From positions 64,001-128,000 of the forward strand of contig CAXXMU010000001.1 of the NCBI GenBank assembly GCA_963667785.2: DNA of 64,000 bases, written 5' to 3'. The notes under the pieces were generated by a model. It was not told the DNA's origin, ran no database searches, and was given only the letters and a program-made list of their open reading frames with translations. This DNA is from Alphaproteobacteria bacterium. GTDB lineage: Bacteria > Pseudomonadota > Alphaproteobacteria > UBA828. Within the stretch, counting starts at the first letter, position 1. The number at the start of each line of letters is the position of its first letter. Both the position numbers and the translations under genes were made by a program. Shown in pieces: positions 51,651-61,260 of the stretch.

Positions 51651-52754
51651 CTATTCCCCGCCGGTTGCCGGCATCACCGCGTAGTCGCTGTCGAGAGAGA
51701 GCCGGTCGAGGATCGCCCGGATTCGCGCCCAGGTGGGGCCGTCGATGGGGTAGGGGCCGCCGGGCCCGCGGCTCGCGCGCGCGCCTGGCAGGCGGACGCC
51801 GGTCGTGCCCTCGGCGGCGGGCAGCGCCTCCAGCCCGGCGACGAACGCCTCCATCGCCTGCGCGAAGTCCCGGCCTCTGCCGAGCGTCTGCGGGTCGGCC
51901 GCGAGCACGAAGAGGCCGTTGCCCTGGTCCTCCTTCTCGTTGCCCCGGCTCATGCCGGCACCGGCGAGCGCGCCGGCGAAGGCCTCGACGATCAGGCTGA
52001 GCAGGAAGCCCTTGTGCCCGTCCTCCGCACCGCCGAGCGGCAGGAGCGAGGCGCTGCGGGGCGCATCGAAGAAGCCGGCAGGCTCAGTGGTAGCGCGGCC
52101 GGCGCGGTCGATCAGCCAGCCCTCAGGCACGGCCTCGCCCCGGTTGACCGCCATCCTGATCTTGCCGAGCGCCACCACCGAGGTCGAGATGTCGATCACC
52201 AGCGGCGGCTCGCCCGGCGCGCGCGGGATGCCGCAGGCCAGCGGATTGGTGCTGAGGAAGGGCGCCGCAGAGCCGAAGGGCGCGACGCAGGCGCCGCCGC
52301 CGGCGTCGTTGACCAGTATCAGCGTGAGAAGCCCTTCCCGCGCCGGCGCGCCGACATAGGCGCCGAGGCGGGCGATGTCGTTGCCGCGCCTGACGGCGGC
52401 GCAGCCGATGCCGGCGGACCGCGCCTTGGCCACGGCGCGGTCCACGGTAAACACGGCGGAGACGGGCCCGAGGCAGCGGTGGGCGTCGATCATCGCCGCG
52501 GCCTCCGTCTCGTGCACGATGGCGGGGGCGGTGGCCGGCACGATGATCCCGGCCAGCGTGTCCTCCGCGAAGGTGGGGATCCGCATCACCCCGTGGCTGT
52601 GATAGCCCGCCCGGCTCGCCTCCAGTAGGGTCTCGGTCAGCACCGCGCGCTCAGGCCGGGTGAAGCCGAGGGCCCCGAAGATGTCCTCGATCAGCGCGCA
52701 GACGACGGATTCAGGCGCGCTGACACCCGCGTCCGCCGCCATCGCGCCTGCCAT
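51651..52754 (-). CDS. Ldh_2 (malate/L-lactate dehydrogenase type 2) family oxidoreductase
   Basis: GYHSHG, STNPLA, IDISTS, LLPLGG, HKGFLL, RLPG. Confidence 0.9.
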   Translation of the reverse strand: MAGAMAADAGVSAPESVVCALIEDIFGALGFTRPERAVLTETLLEASRAGYHSHGVMRIPTFAEDTLAGIIVPATAPAIVHETEAAAMIDAHRCLGPVSAVFTVDRAVAKARSAGIGCAAVRRGNDIARLGAYVGAPAREGLLTLILVNDAGGGACVAPFGSAAPFLSTNPLACGIPRAPGEPPLVIDISTSVVALGKIRMAVNRGEAVPEGWLIDRAGRATTEPAGFFDAPRSASLLPLGGAEDGHKGFLLSLIVEAFAGALAGAGMSRGNEKEDQGNGLFVLAADPQTLGRGRDFAQAMEAFVAGLEALPAAEGTTGVRLPGARASRGPGGPYPIDGPTWARIRAILDRLSLDSDYAVMPATGGE

Positions 52755-52758
52755 CGCC

Positions 52759-53775
52759 TCAGCGCTCCGCCACCCTGACCACGAGCTTGCCGAAGTTGCG
52801 ACCCTCGAAGAGCATGCCGAGCCCCTCCGGCGCGTTCTCCAGCCCCTCGATCACGTGCTCGCGATAGGTCATGCGGCCCTCGTCGAGCCACGCCGCGAGC
52901 CGGGCGAAGGCTTCCCCGTAGCGGCTCAGCCAGTCGAAGACGAGGAAGCCCTCCACCCGCGCGCGGTTGACGAGGATGTGGCGCAGGTGGCTCGGGCCCA
53001 GGTAGGGCTCGGTCAGGTTGTAGTGGTGGATGCAGCCGCAGACCACGACGCGCCCCTTGAAGGCGAGGCGGCTCATCACGGCGTCGGTCATCGGGCCGCC
53101 GACATTGTCGAAGTAGACGTCGATGCCGTTGGGGCAGGCGACGTCCAGCGCGGCGCCGAGATCGTTCGCCGTGCGGTAGTTGATCGCCTCGTCGAAGCCG
53201 AGCTCGTCCCGGATGTAGGCCGCCTTGTCGTCAGAGCCGACGGTGCCGACCACGCGGCAGCCGCCGATCTTGGCGATCTGGCCCACCACGGCGCCGACCG
53301 CGCCGGACGCTGCCGAGACCACCACCGTGTCGCCGGGGCGGGGCTGGCCCACCTCCAGCAGGCCGAAATAGGCGGTGGCGCCGGGCATGCCGAGGATGCC
53401 GAGCGCGTAGGAGGGCGGGTAGGGGGAGGCGGGCAGGACCCGCGCCGAGCCGCGCGTGCAGAGCGCGTACTCCTGCCAGCCGAACATGCCCTCCACCAGG
53501 TCGCCCGCCGCGAGGCCCTCGGCCTCGGAGCGCACCACCTCGCCCACCGCGCCGCCGGTCATCACCCCGCCGATGGCCACGGGCGCCGCGTATGACTTCG
53601 CCGCGCTCATGCGCCCGCGCATGTAGGGGTCCAGCGAGAGCGAGAGCACGCGCACCAGAGCCTGGCCGGGGCGGGGCTCGGGCGCCGGCTCCTCGGCGAG
53701 CGCGAAGTCGCTCTCCTTCGGCATGCCCACGGGCCGCGCCGCGAGCCTGACCTGACGGTTGATGGTCGCGTTCAT
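52759..53775 (-). CDS. NADP-dependent oxidoreductase (CurA/PTGR-like)
   Basis: LSLDPYMRGRM, GMPGATAYFGL, AASGAVG, YFDNVGG, GRNFGK; start reset to MNATINR. Confidence 0.93.
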   Translation of the reverse strand: MNATINRQVRLAARPVGMPKESDFALAEEPAPEPRPGQALVRVLSLSLDPYMRGRMSAAKSYAAPVAIGGVMTGGAVGEVVRSEAEGLAAGDLVEGMFGWQEYALCTRGSARVLPASPYPPSYALGILGMPGATAYFGLLEVGQPRPGDTVVVSAASGAVGAVVGQIAKIGGCRVVGTVGSDDKAAYIRDELGFDEAINYRTANDLGAALDVACPNGIDVYFDNVGGPMTDAVMSRLAFKGRVVVCGCIHHYNLTEPYLGPSHLRHILVNRARVEGFLVFDWLSRYGEAFARLAAWLDEGRMTYREHVIEGLENAPEGLGMLFEGRNFGKLVVRVAER

Positions 53776-53810
53776 GATGCTTACTCCGCTCGCTTCGGTC
53801 TCGACCGTCG

Positions 53811-53923
53811 CCCCACCTCCCCCTGTCCCCCTCCCCCCGAAGGGCGGAGGGGGAACGCAAGCCGAGCCGGCATTTTCTCCCTCTCCGCCCCCGGGGGCGG
53901 AGAGGGCCGGGGTGAGGTGGGGG
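53811..53923. repeat. Inverted pair of BoxC-like palindromic repeats
   Basis: CCCCACCTC-tail plus hairpin at 53811-53856, facing palindrome CCCTCTCCGCCCCC/GGGGGCGGAGAGGG (53879-53906) with tail GGGGTGAGGTGGGG. Confidence 0.75.
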
Positions 53924-53977
53924 TGTTTCTCCTCGTACTCCCGGACTGATGGCAACAGTGGCGGTCGCCGATGTCGC

Positions 53978-54769
53978 CTACGGAAAGACGGAGTAGCCGC
54001 CCACGGCCAGGTAGCCGCCGTCGATCACCAGCTCCGTGCCGGTGATGAAGCTCGATTCCTCGGACGCGAGGAAGACGACGCCGTTGGCGATGTCTTCCGG
54101 CTTGCCGACGCGGCCGATCGGGTGCTGCTTGGCGAGCTCCCGCAAGCCCGCTTCCAGGCTGCCGTAGTCGCGGTAGCAGGTGGCCTCCATCATCTCGGTA
54201 TGGATGTAGCCGGGGTGGATCGAGTTCACCCGGATGCGCCGCTCGTCCTTGGCGCCGTCGAGCGCGGCCCCCTTGCTGAAGAGCCTCACCGCCCCCTTGG
54301 TCGCGCTGTAGGCGGAGAGGCCGGGGATGCTGGTGAAGCCGAGGATGGACGAGATGTTGATGATCGAGCCGCCCGGCCGCATCGCCGCCATGCCGTGCTT
54401 GGTGCCGAGGAAGACGCCGTCGGCGTTGACCGACATGCTCTTGTGCCAGCTCTCGAGCGTGACGTCCGACAGCGGCTCGATGATGCCGACGCCGGCGTTG
54501 TTCACCACCACGTCGAGGCCGCCGAAGCGATCGAGGACGGCGGGGATCGCGGCCTCCCAGTCGGCCTCGCTGGTCACGTCGAGGGCGACGAACATGGTCT
54601 CCGCGCCGCCGTCCGCCAGCTCGGCCGCGAGCGCCTCGCCGCCGTCGCGGTCGATATCGGCGAGCGCCACCGGCGCGCCTTCCGCCGCGAGCGCGCGTGC
54701 GCACGCCTTGCCGATGCCCCTGGCCGCGCCGGTAACGAGCGCGACGCGGCCTTCCAGCCGTCCTGCCAT
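53978..54769 (-). CDS. Classical SDR oxidoreductase
   Basis: TGAARGIG, NNAG, YSATK, NSIHPG. Confidence 0.95.
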   Translation of the reverse strand: MAGRLEGRVALVTGAARGIGKACARALAAEGAPVALADIDRDGGEALAAELADGGAETMFVALDVTSEADWEAAIPAVLDRFGGLDVVVNNAGVGIIEPLSDVTLESWHKSMSVNADGVFLGTKHGMAAMRPGGSIINISSILGFTSIPGLSAYSATKGAVRLFSKGAALDGAKDERRIRVNSIHPGYIHTEMMEATCYRDYGSLEAGLRELAKQHPIGRVGKPEDIANGVVFLASEESSFITGTELVIDGGYLAVGGYSVFP

Positions 54770-54785
54770 GGCTCCCCCCTCCCCG

Positions 54786-55550
54786 TCAGTCGTCGACGCT
54801 GGCCGCGCCCGCCATCATGGCGCGCACCATGGCGGGCTTCGGCACGGTGGGGCTGGGATAGGCCTTGCGGCTGTGGCTCAGGCCTAAGCCCAGCACGCAT
54901 TCGGCGAGCTTGTAGGTGAGCGGGCCAGGGTTGATGACCGGCACCGGCAGGTTCTCGGCCATGTGGCCGTGCGCCTGGTGCATGGTGGTCGACCCGAGCA
55001 GGATCACTTCGGCGCCGTCCTCCTCGATGCAGCGTGTGGCGCAGTCCACCAGCTTGGGGAAGACCACCTCCTCCTTGCCGCCGAGCAGATTCTCCACGTC
55101 CGGCATGACGTTGATGGAGCGGACCGAGGCGAGCATGTTGGCGACGCCGTATTCCACGCTGCTCTTCTTGTAGAGCGGGATCCAGCCGTCCCACTGCGTC
55201 ACCACCGAGAAGCGGTTGCCGAGCATGAGCGCCATCATGAAGGAGGCCCGCCCCGGCCCGATCACCGGGATGTCGAGCACCGAGCGCAGCGAGTTCATGC
55301 CGGAATCGCTCATGGTGTCGATGCAGACGGCGTCGTAGCCGTCCTCCTGGGCGCCGAGGCCCGCCTCGAACAGCGCGATCTCGGCCAAGGCGTAGTCGTG
55401 GTAGCAGTCGAGCAGCGCCGGCCCCGCCTTGACCCCGCAGAAGTCGAACTCGATGTCGGGACCGAACGCGACCGAATCGAGCTGCGCGCGCCGGTTCTTG
55501 AGCCCCTTCTCGTCGAACGCGAAGGGAACGATGACGAGTACCCTGGCCAT
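54786..55550 (-). CDS. Asp/Glu/hydantoin racemase family protein
   Basis: GYDAVCID, LRSVLDIPVIGP, DGAEVILLG, PVPVINP, GLSHSRKAYP. Confidence 0.85.
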   Translation of the reverse strand: MARVLVIVPFAFDEKGLKNRRAQLDSVAFGPDIEFDFCGVKAGPALLDCYHDYALAEIALFEAGLGAQEDGYDAVCIDTMSDSGMNSLRSVLDIPVIGPGRASFMMALMLGNRFSVVTQWDGWIPLYKKSSVEYGVANMLASVRSINVMPDVENLLGGKEEVVFPKLVDCATRCIEEDGAEVILLGSTTMHQAHGHMAENLPVPVINPGPLTYKLAECVLGLGLSHSRKAYPSPTVPKPAMVRAMMAGAASVDD

Positions 55551-55699
55551 GAGCCTCTCCCCCATCCGTGGCTTGCCGCGCGAGCCGCGCAGCACCCCTC
55601 CCGCGCGTTCCGCGCGAGCGCCGGATCATGGCGCAGATGGGCTGAGGCCGAAAGGGCGGCGCCGGGGCCGAGGGGGGGGGCGGAGAGCGGCAGCCGCGC

Positions 55700-56575
55700 T
55701 CAGGAGGCGGTATCGCCGCCGGCCTCCTCCTGCACCGCGAAGAAGGAGGCGCGCACCGGCTGCGCGGGCAGCTCGATGGTCGTCTCGGCGAGGCGCGCGC
55801 GGCGCGTCGGCTTGCCCCGCACCGTCATGCCCTCGTTGCGGTTCGGCATGGGGTTGCGGGCGATGGGGAAGGCGTCGGCGGCGCTGTAGACGCAGATGTA
55901 GAGTCCGCGCGGCGCAGCCGAGCGGTTGGGCTCGGAGCCGTGCGCGAGCCGCGTGTGCATCAGGCAGACACTGCCGGCGCTGCCCGTCACCGGCACCTCG
56001 CGCTCGCGCAGCGTCCGCTCCACGGCGGGATCGACGAAGCCGGTGAAGCGCTCGCCGTCGAAGAGCGAGTAGACCGGGCCGCGGTGGCTGCCGGGCACCG
56101 CCATGAGGCAGCCGTTCTCGGGCGTCATGTCGTCGAGCATGAGCAGCGCGGTCACCACGTCGTCGTTGGTGTGCGGCGTGTAGGCGAAGTCCTGGTGGTA
56201 GCGCACCTCGGTGTTCGAGCCGGGCAGCTTGAGGTTGATCTTGCAGTGATGGTGCTTGACGTCGGGGCCGATGAGGGCGGCCACCATGTCGCACATCGCG
56301 GACTCGCGCATCGCCTCCATGTAGGCGTCGTCGATCTCGCTCGGGTTGTTGACGCGGCGGAGCGCCGGGTGCGCCGCACTGTGCGCGGGCGCGAGGTCGA
56401 AGCGCGGCCGCCCGTCTGTGGTGGGCTCGCCGAAGGGCGCGTCGTGGCCGCGACTCTCCTCGACCCAGCCGGCGAGCGCCGCGCGCAGGCGCGCGAGCTG
56501 GCGGCGGTCGACCGCGTTCTCCGCGACGATGAAGCCGTCGCGCCAGAACGCATCGGCCTCGTGCTTCGCGATCAT
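55700..56575 (-). CDS. Phytanoyl-CoA dioxygenase (PhyH) family Fe/2OG enzyme
   Basis: YHQD, ENGCL..VPGSH, HGSEPNRS. Confidence 0.92.
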   Translation of the reverse strand: MIAKHEADAFWRDGFIVAENAVDRRQLARLRAALAGWVEESRGHDAPFGEPTTDGRPRFDLAPAHSAAHPALRRVNNPSEIDDAYMEAMRESAMCDMVAALIGPDVKHHHCKINLKLPGSNTEVRYHQDFAYTPHTNDDVVTALLMLDDMTPENGCLMAVPGSHRGPVYSLFDGERFTGFVDPAVERTLREREVPVTGSAGSVCLMHTRLAHGSEPNRSAAPRGLYICVYSAADAFPIARNPMPNRNEGMTVRGKPTRRARLAETTIELPAQPVRASFFAVQEEAGGDTAS

Positions 56576-56644
56576 GCCAGACCTCCCCGGCGAACGGCGC
56601 GCCAGCGCCGACGACCCAACCCTGCGCGGCCCGATCTCGGGCCG

Positions 56645-56887
56645 TCAAGGAGGATTCTGGTCCGGGAGCGAGGGGAGGACAGGATTACGGTAGGCTCCTG
56701 TCACAATGGCGTGGGTAGGATCACGGCTACCCCAACTATCGACGAACGTGTACAAGGTTTCAGCCACCGGCAGGTCGCAATTGCTGATGGCGTCAAGCCA
56801 CCACTCGCCTTGCCAAGGCGGCTCACGCGAGGGATCGGAGAGTAGCTTGTCGGCCGACAAGAACTTGTTGGGATAGCTCTTCGACAA
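56645..56887 (-). pseudogene. Possible 3' remnant of an unknown lower-GC gene
   Basis: 80-codon ORF with no good RBS/start at the edge of the low-GC insert, followed by hairpin CGGCCCGA-TC-TCGGGCCG (56627-56644). Confidence 0.3.
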
Positions 56888-56982
56888 TTCCCAAGTGTCG
56901 GCTAGACTGACGTGCCGCGTCTACGTTAGCTCTGTCTGTGTACATTTAGAATTGACCCCGAAGTACATGATTGAGGCCTGCA

Positions 56983-58083
56983 ATGTCGGATGAAGCAACT
57001 GAACATGATGAGTCCCTAGAAGGGGAGGTTCTCTCAGAAGACGATGTAGTGCCGTATGTTTCGTATGAAGTGACGAGTTACGGGTCAGATCCGGAGGTCG
57101 AAGGACTAGTGAGTCGTCTCCGACGCGGTGATATCGTCATTCCTCCATTTCAGAGGGATTACGTATGGCGCTTACCAGAGGCGTCCAAATTCATAGAATC
57201 TTTGCTTCTTGGGTTGCCTGTACCAAGCGTATTTTTTGCTACCGATCCTGTCAGCAGAAAGCAATTGGTGATCGACGGGCAGCAAAGACTAAAAACACTG
57301 CTTTTTTTCTATGATGGGTTCTTCAATCCGAGACCAGGAGATGCAAGAAAACGTGTATTCAGTCTGACCAAGGTTCAAGAAGCTTTTGAAGGAAAAACTT
57401 ACGGCTCTCTCGAGGAACATGATCGAATTAGGCTGGATACATCCATTATGCACGCCATAACCGTTAAGCAATCCGCGCCAGCAGGAGACGACACCAGTCT
57501 CTACCACATATTCGAACGTTTGAATAGTGGAGGTCGCCGACTTACGGATCAAGAAATGAGGATCGCTCTTTATCACGGGGGTCTAATTGATCGCATACAG
57601 GAGTTAAATGACTACGTATCGTGGCGCAATATTTTCGGAAAGGTGCATACCCGCTTGAAGGATCAAGAACTAATTCTCCGGTTTTTTGCTCTTTTCGATG
57701 GGGCGGGTGTTTATCAAAGGCCTTTGTCGGATTTTCTGAACAAGTACGCTGGAAGAAATCAGAATCCCGACTTGCATTATCTTAATAATATGTCGTCGTT
57801 ATTTTGTGGTGCTATTGATGTGTTCTCCAGTTTTCCTTCCGAAAGACCGTTTCGGCCTACTAGTATCATTAATGTGGCTGTCTACGACTCATGCATGGTG
57901 GGAATGGCAAGGCGTCTGTCGGCACCTGATGCTCAACCTCCAGATATCCATGCAGCGGAAACAGCTTACAAGGCTCTGCTACGAGATAGAGATTACTACG
58001 AGGCAGTATCACGTTCAACTGCGGATGCCGCTTTTGTTCAACGGAGAATCGCTAAGGCAACTGAGGCTTTTTCAGAGTGTTAA
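56983..58083 (+). CDS. DUF262 (GmrS/ParB-like) domain protein
   Basis: PPFQRDYVW, IESLLLGLPVP, IDGQQRL, IFERLNSGG; low GC. Confidence 0.92.
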   Translation: MSDEATEHDESLEGEVLSEDDVVPYVSYEVTSYGSDPEVEGLVSRLRRGDIVIPPFQRDYVWRLPEASKFIESLLLGLPVPSVFFATDPVSRKQLVIDGQQRLKTLLFFYDGFFNPRPGDARKRVFSLTKVQEAFEGKTYGSLEEHDRIRLDTSIMHAITVKQSAPAGDDTSLYHIFERLNSGGRRLTDQEMRIALYHGGLIDRIQELNDYVSWRNIFGKVHTRLKDQELILRFFALFDGAGVYQRPLSDFLNKYAGRNQNPDLHYLNNMSSLFCGAIDVFSSFPSERPFRPTSIINVAVYDSCMVGMARRLSAPDAQPPDIHAAETAYKALLRDRDYYEAVSRSTADAAFVQRRIAKATEAFSEC

Positions 58084-58086
58084 GTT

Positions 58087-58572
58087 ATGCGATTGAGTAC
58101 GCTTTCGTCTCAGCACCAGAGAATATGCTGGTTAATCTCAGAAGCTGACAAGTTCAGCTCTGATCAGATGGAATTGCGGGCGCATTGGGCTCGCTATTTG
58201 TGCGTTCTGTCATCTGGTTTTTTGGAAAACTCGTTGAAGGAAGTATATGGTGTTTATGCGAAGTCGCGTAGCGAACCAACTATCGCGAACTATGTTGTAA
58301 GCGTGCTTAATGGTGTTCATAATCCGAAGTCCAATAGATTCGTCGAAACGGCGGGATCATTCAATAAAGATTGGGTGTCTGGCTTGGAAGAAATCTTGGA
58401 GACCGATGGAAATAAAGAGGCAATAGATTCGATTATGTCGAATCGACACTTGATAGCTCACGGAAAAGATTCGAACATCACGCTTGCGCAACTGAAAGAT
58501 TACCTAGCGAAGAGTGTAAAGGTGATTGAATTCATCGAAGTCCAGTGCGGTTTAGGTGATCAGAGAAGGTAG
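58087..58572 (+). CDS. HEPN domain protein (putative RNase toxin)
   Basis: Rx4H motif NRHLIAHG, upstream SGFLE helix; 3 nt after the DUF262 stop. Confidence 0.88.
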   Translation: MRLSTLSSQHQRICWLISEADKFSSDQMELRAHWARYLCVLSSGFLENSLKEVYGVYAKSRSEPTIANYVVSVLNGVHNPKSNRFVETAGSFNKDWVSGLEEILETDGNKEAIDSIMSNRHLIAHGKDSNITLAQLKDYLAKSVKVIEFIEVQCGLGDQRR

Positions 58573-58620
58573 GACCTAACATTGGTTCAAGATAATGGCT
58601 TTAGTGATCCCGCGAGAGGG

Positions 58621-59502
58621 TCATGATGTGATGGCGCCGTCCTGCATGAGGGCTGACCAGAGGTTATCCAACTCAACCCCCTCCATCGCGGGCGAGAAGC
58701 GGGCGAGACGGCGTTCCATGATCCGCACCGCCTCGGGGTTGTCGTCGACAAGGAGGCAGGAGCGGCCGTGCTTCGCCGCGGCCTCGCCGAACGTGCCGGA
58801 GCCCGCGAAGAAGTCCATGAGCCGATCGCCCGGCGATGAATGCACCCTGACGATGCGCTCCAGCAGCCCGAGCGGCTTCTGGGTCGCATAGCCCGTCTTC
58901 TCCTTCGAGTTGGTGGGCACGATGGTGTGCCACCAGACGTCCGTCGGCGTCTTGCCGCGCGCCGCCTTCTCAGCCCCCACAAGCTGGGGCGCCATGTAGG
59001 GGATGCGGTCGATCTCGCCCGCGTGGAAGGTGTAGGTGGCCGGGTCCTTCGCGTACCAGAGGATGGTGTCGTGCTTGGCCGCCCAGCGCCGCTTCGGCCT
59101 GCCGCCGTAGTCGTAGGCCCAGATGATCTCGTTCAGGAAACTCTCGCGGCCGAAGATGCCGTCCAGCAGCACCTTGCAGTAGTGCGCCTCGCGATAGTCG
59201 ATGTGGAAGAAGAGCGAGCCGGCGGGCCCGAGCACCCGGTGGGCCTCCTCCAGGCGGGGGCCGAGGAAGGCCAGATAGTCGTCGAAGCGGTCGGCGTAGG
59301 TCGTGGCGCCGAGTACCTCGGTGCGGTAGCGCCTGCCCTGGAAGCCGATCCTGTCGCCCGCCGCATCCCGCACCGTGCGGAGCGCCGTGCGCGTCTGCGT
59401 GCGCCCGGTGTTGAAGGGGGGGTCGACGTAGATCAGGTCGATGCTGCCTGCGGCGAGCGAGCGGAGGACGGTGAGATTGTCCGCAAGCACAATTCGCAGC
59501 AT
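58621..59502 (-). CDS. N6-adenine/N4-cytosine DNA methyltransferase (beta class), orphan
   Basis: DPPF precedes FFAGSGT; NEIIW, YATQKPLGLLERI. Confidence 0.93.
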   Translation of the reverse strand: MLRIVLADNLTVLRSLAAGSIDLIYVDPPFNTGRTQTRTALRTVRDAAGDRIGFQGRRYRTEVLGATTYADRFDDYLAFLGPRLEEAHRVLGPAGSLFFHIDYREAHYCKVLLDGIFGRESFLNEIIWAYDYGGRPKRRWAAKHDTILWYAKDPATYTFHAGEIDRIPYMAPQLVGAEKAARGKTPTDVWWHTIVPTNSKEKTGYATQKPLGLLERIVRVHSSPGDRLMDFFAGSGTFGEAAAKHGRSCLLVDDNPEAVRIMERRLARFSPAMEGVELDNLWSALMQDGAITS

Positions 59503-59650
59503 CGTGTACCTCCCTCCTGCATGCTCGACGACATGGATGCAGCGGCCGGCCGGCGCCGACTCGCCCCCGGTCGGCCCGAGGGTGGCGCAGGGTTGCCTTT
59601 CGCGCAACGCCGGGCCACACAGGTCGCCTCAGCCTGGAGGGGAAGGGCCC

Positions 59651-61096
59651 ATGCCGAAGGCGAACGAGATCTGCCGGATGGACGCGGTCGCGCTGGCGGC
59701 GAAGGTGCGGGCGAAGGAGCTCTCCGCCCTTGAGGTCGCCGACGCGGTCATCACCCACATGGAGCAGGTCGAGCCTCATCTCCACGCCTTCTGCGCGCCG
59801 GCGCCGGACTATGCGCGCGCCGCCGCCCGGCAGGTGGATGCCAAGATCGCCGCCGGCGAGGACCCGGGGCCGCTTGCGGGCGTGCCCGTCGGCATCAAGG
59901 ACCTCGTCTGCACCAAGGACCTCCCCACCGCCTCCGGCTCCGTCGCCTACGAGGGCTTCTTCGCGGACGAGGACGACGTCGTGGTCGAGCGCCTGCGCGA
60001 TGCGGGCGCCGTCATCCTCGGCAAGACCAACGTGCCGGAGTTCGGCTACAGCGGCGCGAGCCACAATGCCCTGTTCGAGGCGACCCGCAACCCGTGGAAC
60101 ACGGAGCGCTCGCCCGGCGGCTCCAGCGCGGGCTCGGGCGCGGCGGTGGCGTCGGGCATGGGGCCCATCGCGGTCGGTAGCGACGGCGGCGGCTCGGTGC
60201 GGATCCCGTCGTCCTTCTGCGGGCTGGTGGGGGTCAAGGCCTCCATGGGGCGGGTGCCGCTCTATCCCGGCTGCCGGGACGAGCGCTATCCCGGCGTCTC
60301 GAGCTGGGAGGGGATCGAGCATATCGGCCCGATGACGCGGACGGTGGCGGATTCGGCGCTCATGCTGTCGGTCATGGCCGGGCCTGACGATCGCGACCGC
60401 CACTCGCTGCCGGCCGGCGACGTCGACTGGCTCGCCGCCGGCGCCGGCGGCGACCTCGCCGGCCTGCGCGTGGCCTACAGCGCCGACTGGGGCTACGCCG
60501 CCGTCGATCCCGAGGTGCGGCGGATCGTGGGCGATGCGGCACGGGTGTTCGAGAACGAGCTCGGCTGCACCGTGGAGGAGGCGGACCCCGGCTGGGACGA
60601 CCCCTACCTCGCCTTCTGGGGCCTGGTGGCGGCGGAGACCGATCTCGCCGGGATGCGGCGCCTCGTGGCCGAGCACGGGGCGCGGATGACGCCCCACCTG
60701 GTGGATTTCATCACCCGGCCGTGGACGGCGGAGGACCTCACCAACGCGGTGATCGGGCGCAAGGCGCTGGTCAACAGGATGTGGCGGTTCATGCGGAACT
60801 ACGACGTGCTGCTGACGCCGACGCTCGCGTGCCCGCCCTTCGGGCTCTACACGCAGGGGCCGGAGATCATCGAGGGGCGCCTGGTGCCGCCTTTCGCCTG
60901 GCTCGCCTTCACCTTCCCCATGAACATGACGGGCCAGCCGGCGGCGAGCGTCCCGGCCGGATGGACGGCGGACGGGCTGCCGGTGGGGCTGCAGATCGTG
61001 GGCCGCCACCTGGACGATGCGATGGTGCTGAAGGCCGCGGCCGCCTTCGAGGCCGCGCGGCCTTGGCGCGACCGCTGGCCGGCGCTGGTCTCGTAA
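59651..61096 (+). CDS. Amidase (amidase-signature family)
   Basis: VGIKD, GGSSAGS, GSDGGGSVRIP. Confidence 0.95.
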   Translation: MPKANEICRMDAVALAAKVRAKELSALEVADAVITHMEQVEPHLHAFCAPAPDYARAAARQVDAKIAAGEDPGPLAGVPVGIKDLVCTKDLPTASGSVAYEGFFADEDDVVVERLRDAGAVILGKTNVPEFGYSGASHNALFEATRNPWNTERSPGGSSAGSGAAVASGMGPIAVGSDGGGSVRIPSSFCGLVGVKASMGRVPLYPGCRDERYPGVSSWEGIEHIGPMTRTVADSALMLSVMAGPDDRDRHSLPAGDVDWLAAGAGGDLAGLRVAYSADWGYAAVDPEVRRIVGDAARVFENELGCTVEEADPGWDDPYLAFWGLVAAETDLAGMRRLVAEHGARMTPHLVDFITRPWTAEDLTNAVIGRKALVNRMWRFMRNYDVLLTPTLACPPFGLYTQGPEIIEGRLVPPFAWLAFTFPMNMTGQPAASVPAGWTADGLPVGLQIVGRHLDDAMVLKAAAAFEAARPWRDRWPALVS

Positions 61097-61139
61097 GCCG
61101 GAGGGAGGCCGGCAGGGACGGTCTCGCGCCGGCTTTTTG

Positions 61140-61246
61140 TCGCTCACGGCCGCCGGCCTGCGGCCGGCGCCTCCGCGAGGGCGCCGCATAAGCGGCGGGC
61201 CGCGGTCGCGGCCTGTCGCGAATCCGTCAAAGACGGATACGCTCCG
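61140..61246. repeat. Dispersed structured intergenic repeat, copy B (compact)
   Basis: Matches 19402-19420, 19536-19552 and 19582-19644; consecutive hairpins. Confidence 0.85.
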
Positions 61247-61260
61247 GGTCTCCGGCGGGG

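Noticed and set aside
53776-53955. N-terminal extension of the NADP oxidoreductase
   Set aside because: It translates through the BoxC-like repeats; the family-like start with an RBS is ATG 53775.
56983-59502. Classical type II/III restriction-modification system
   Set aside because: No PD-(D/E)xK, HNH or helicase restriction subunit seen; the MTase and cassette are convergent and differ in composition.
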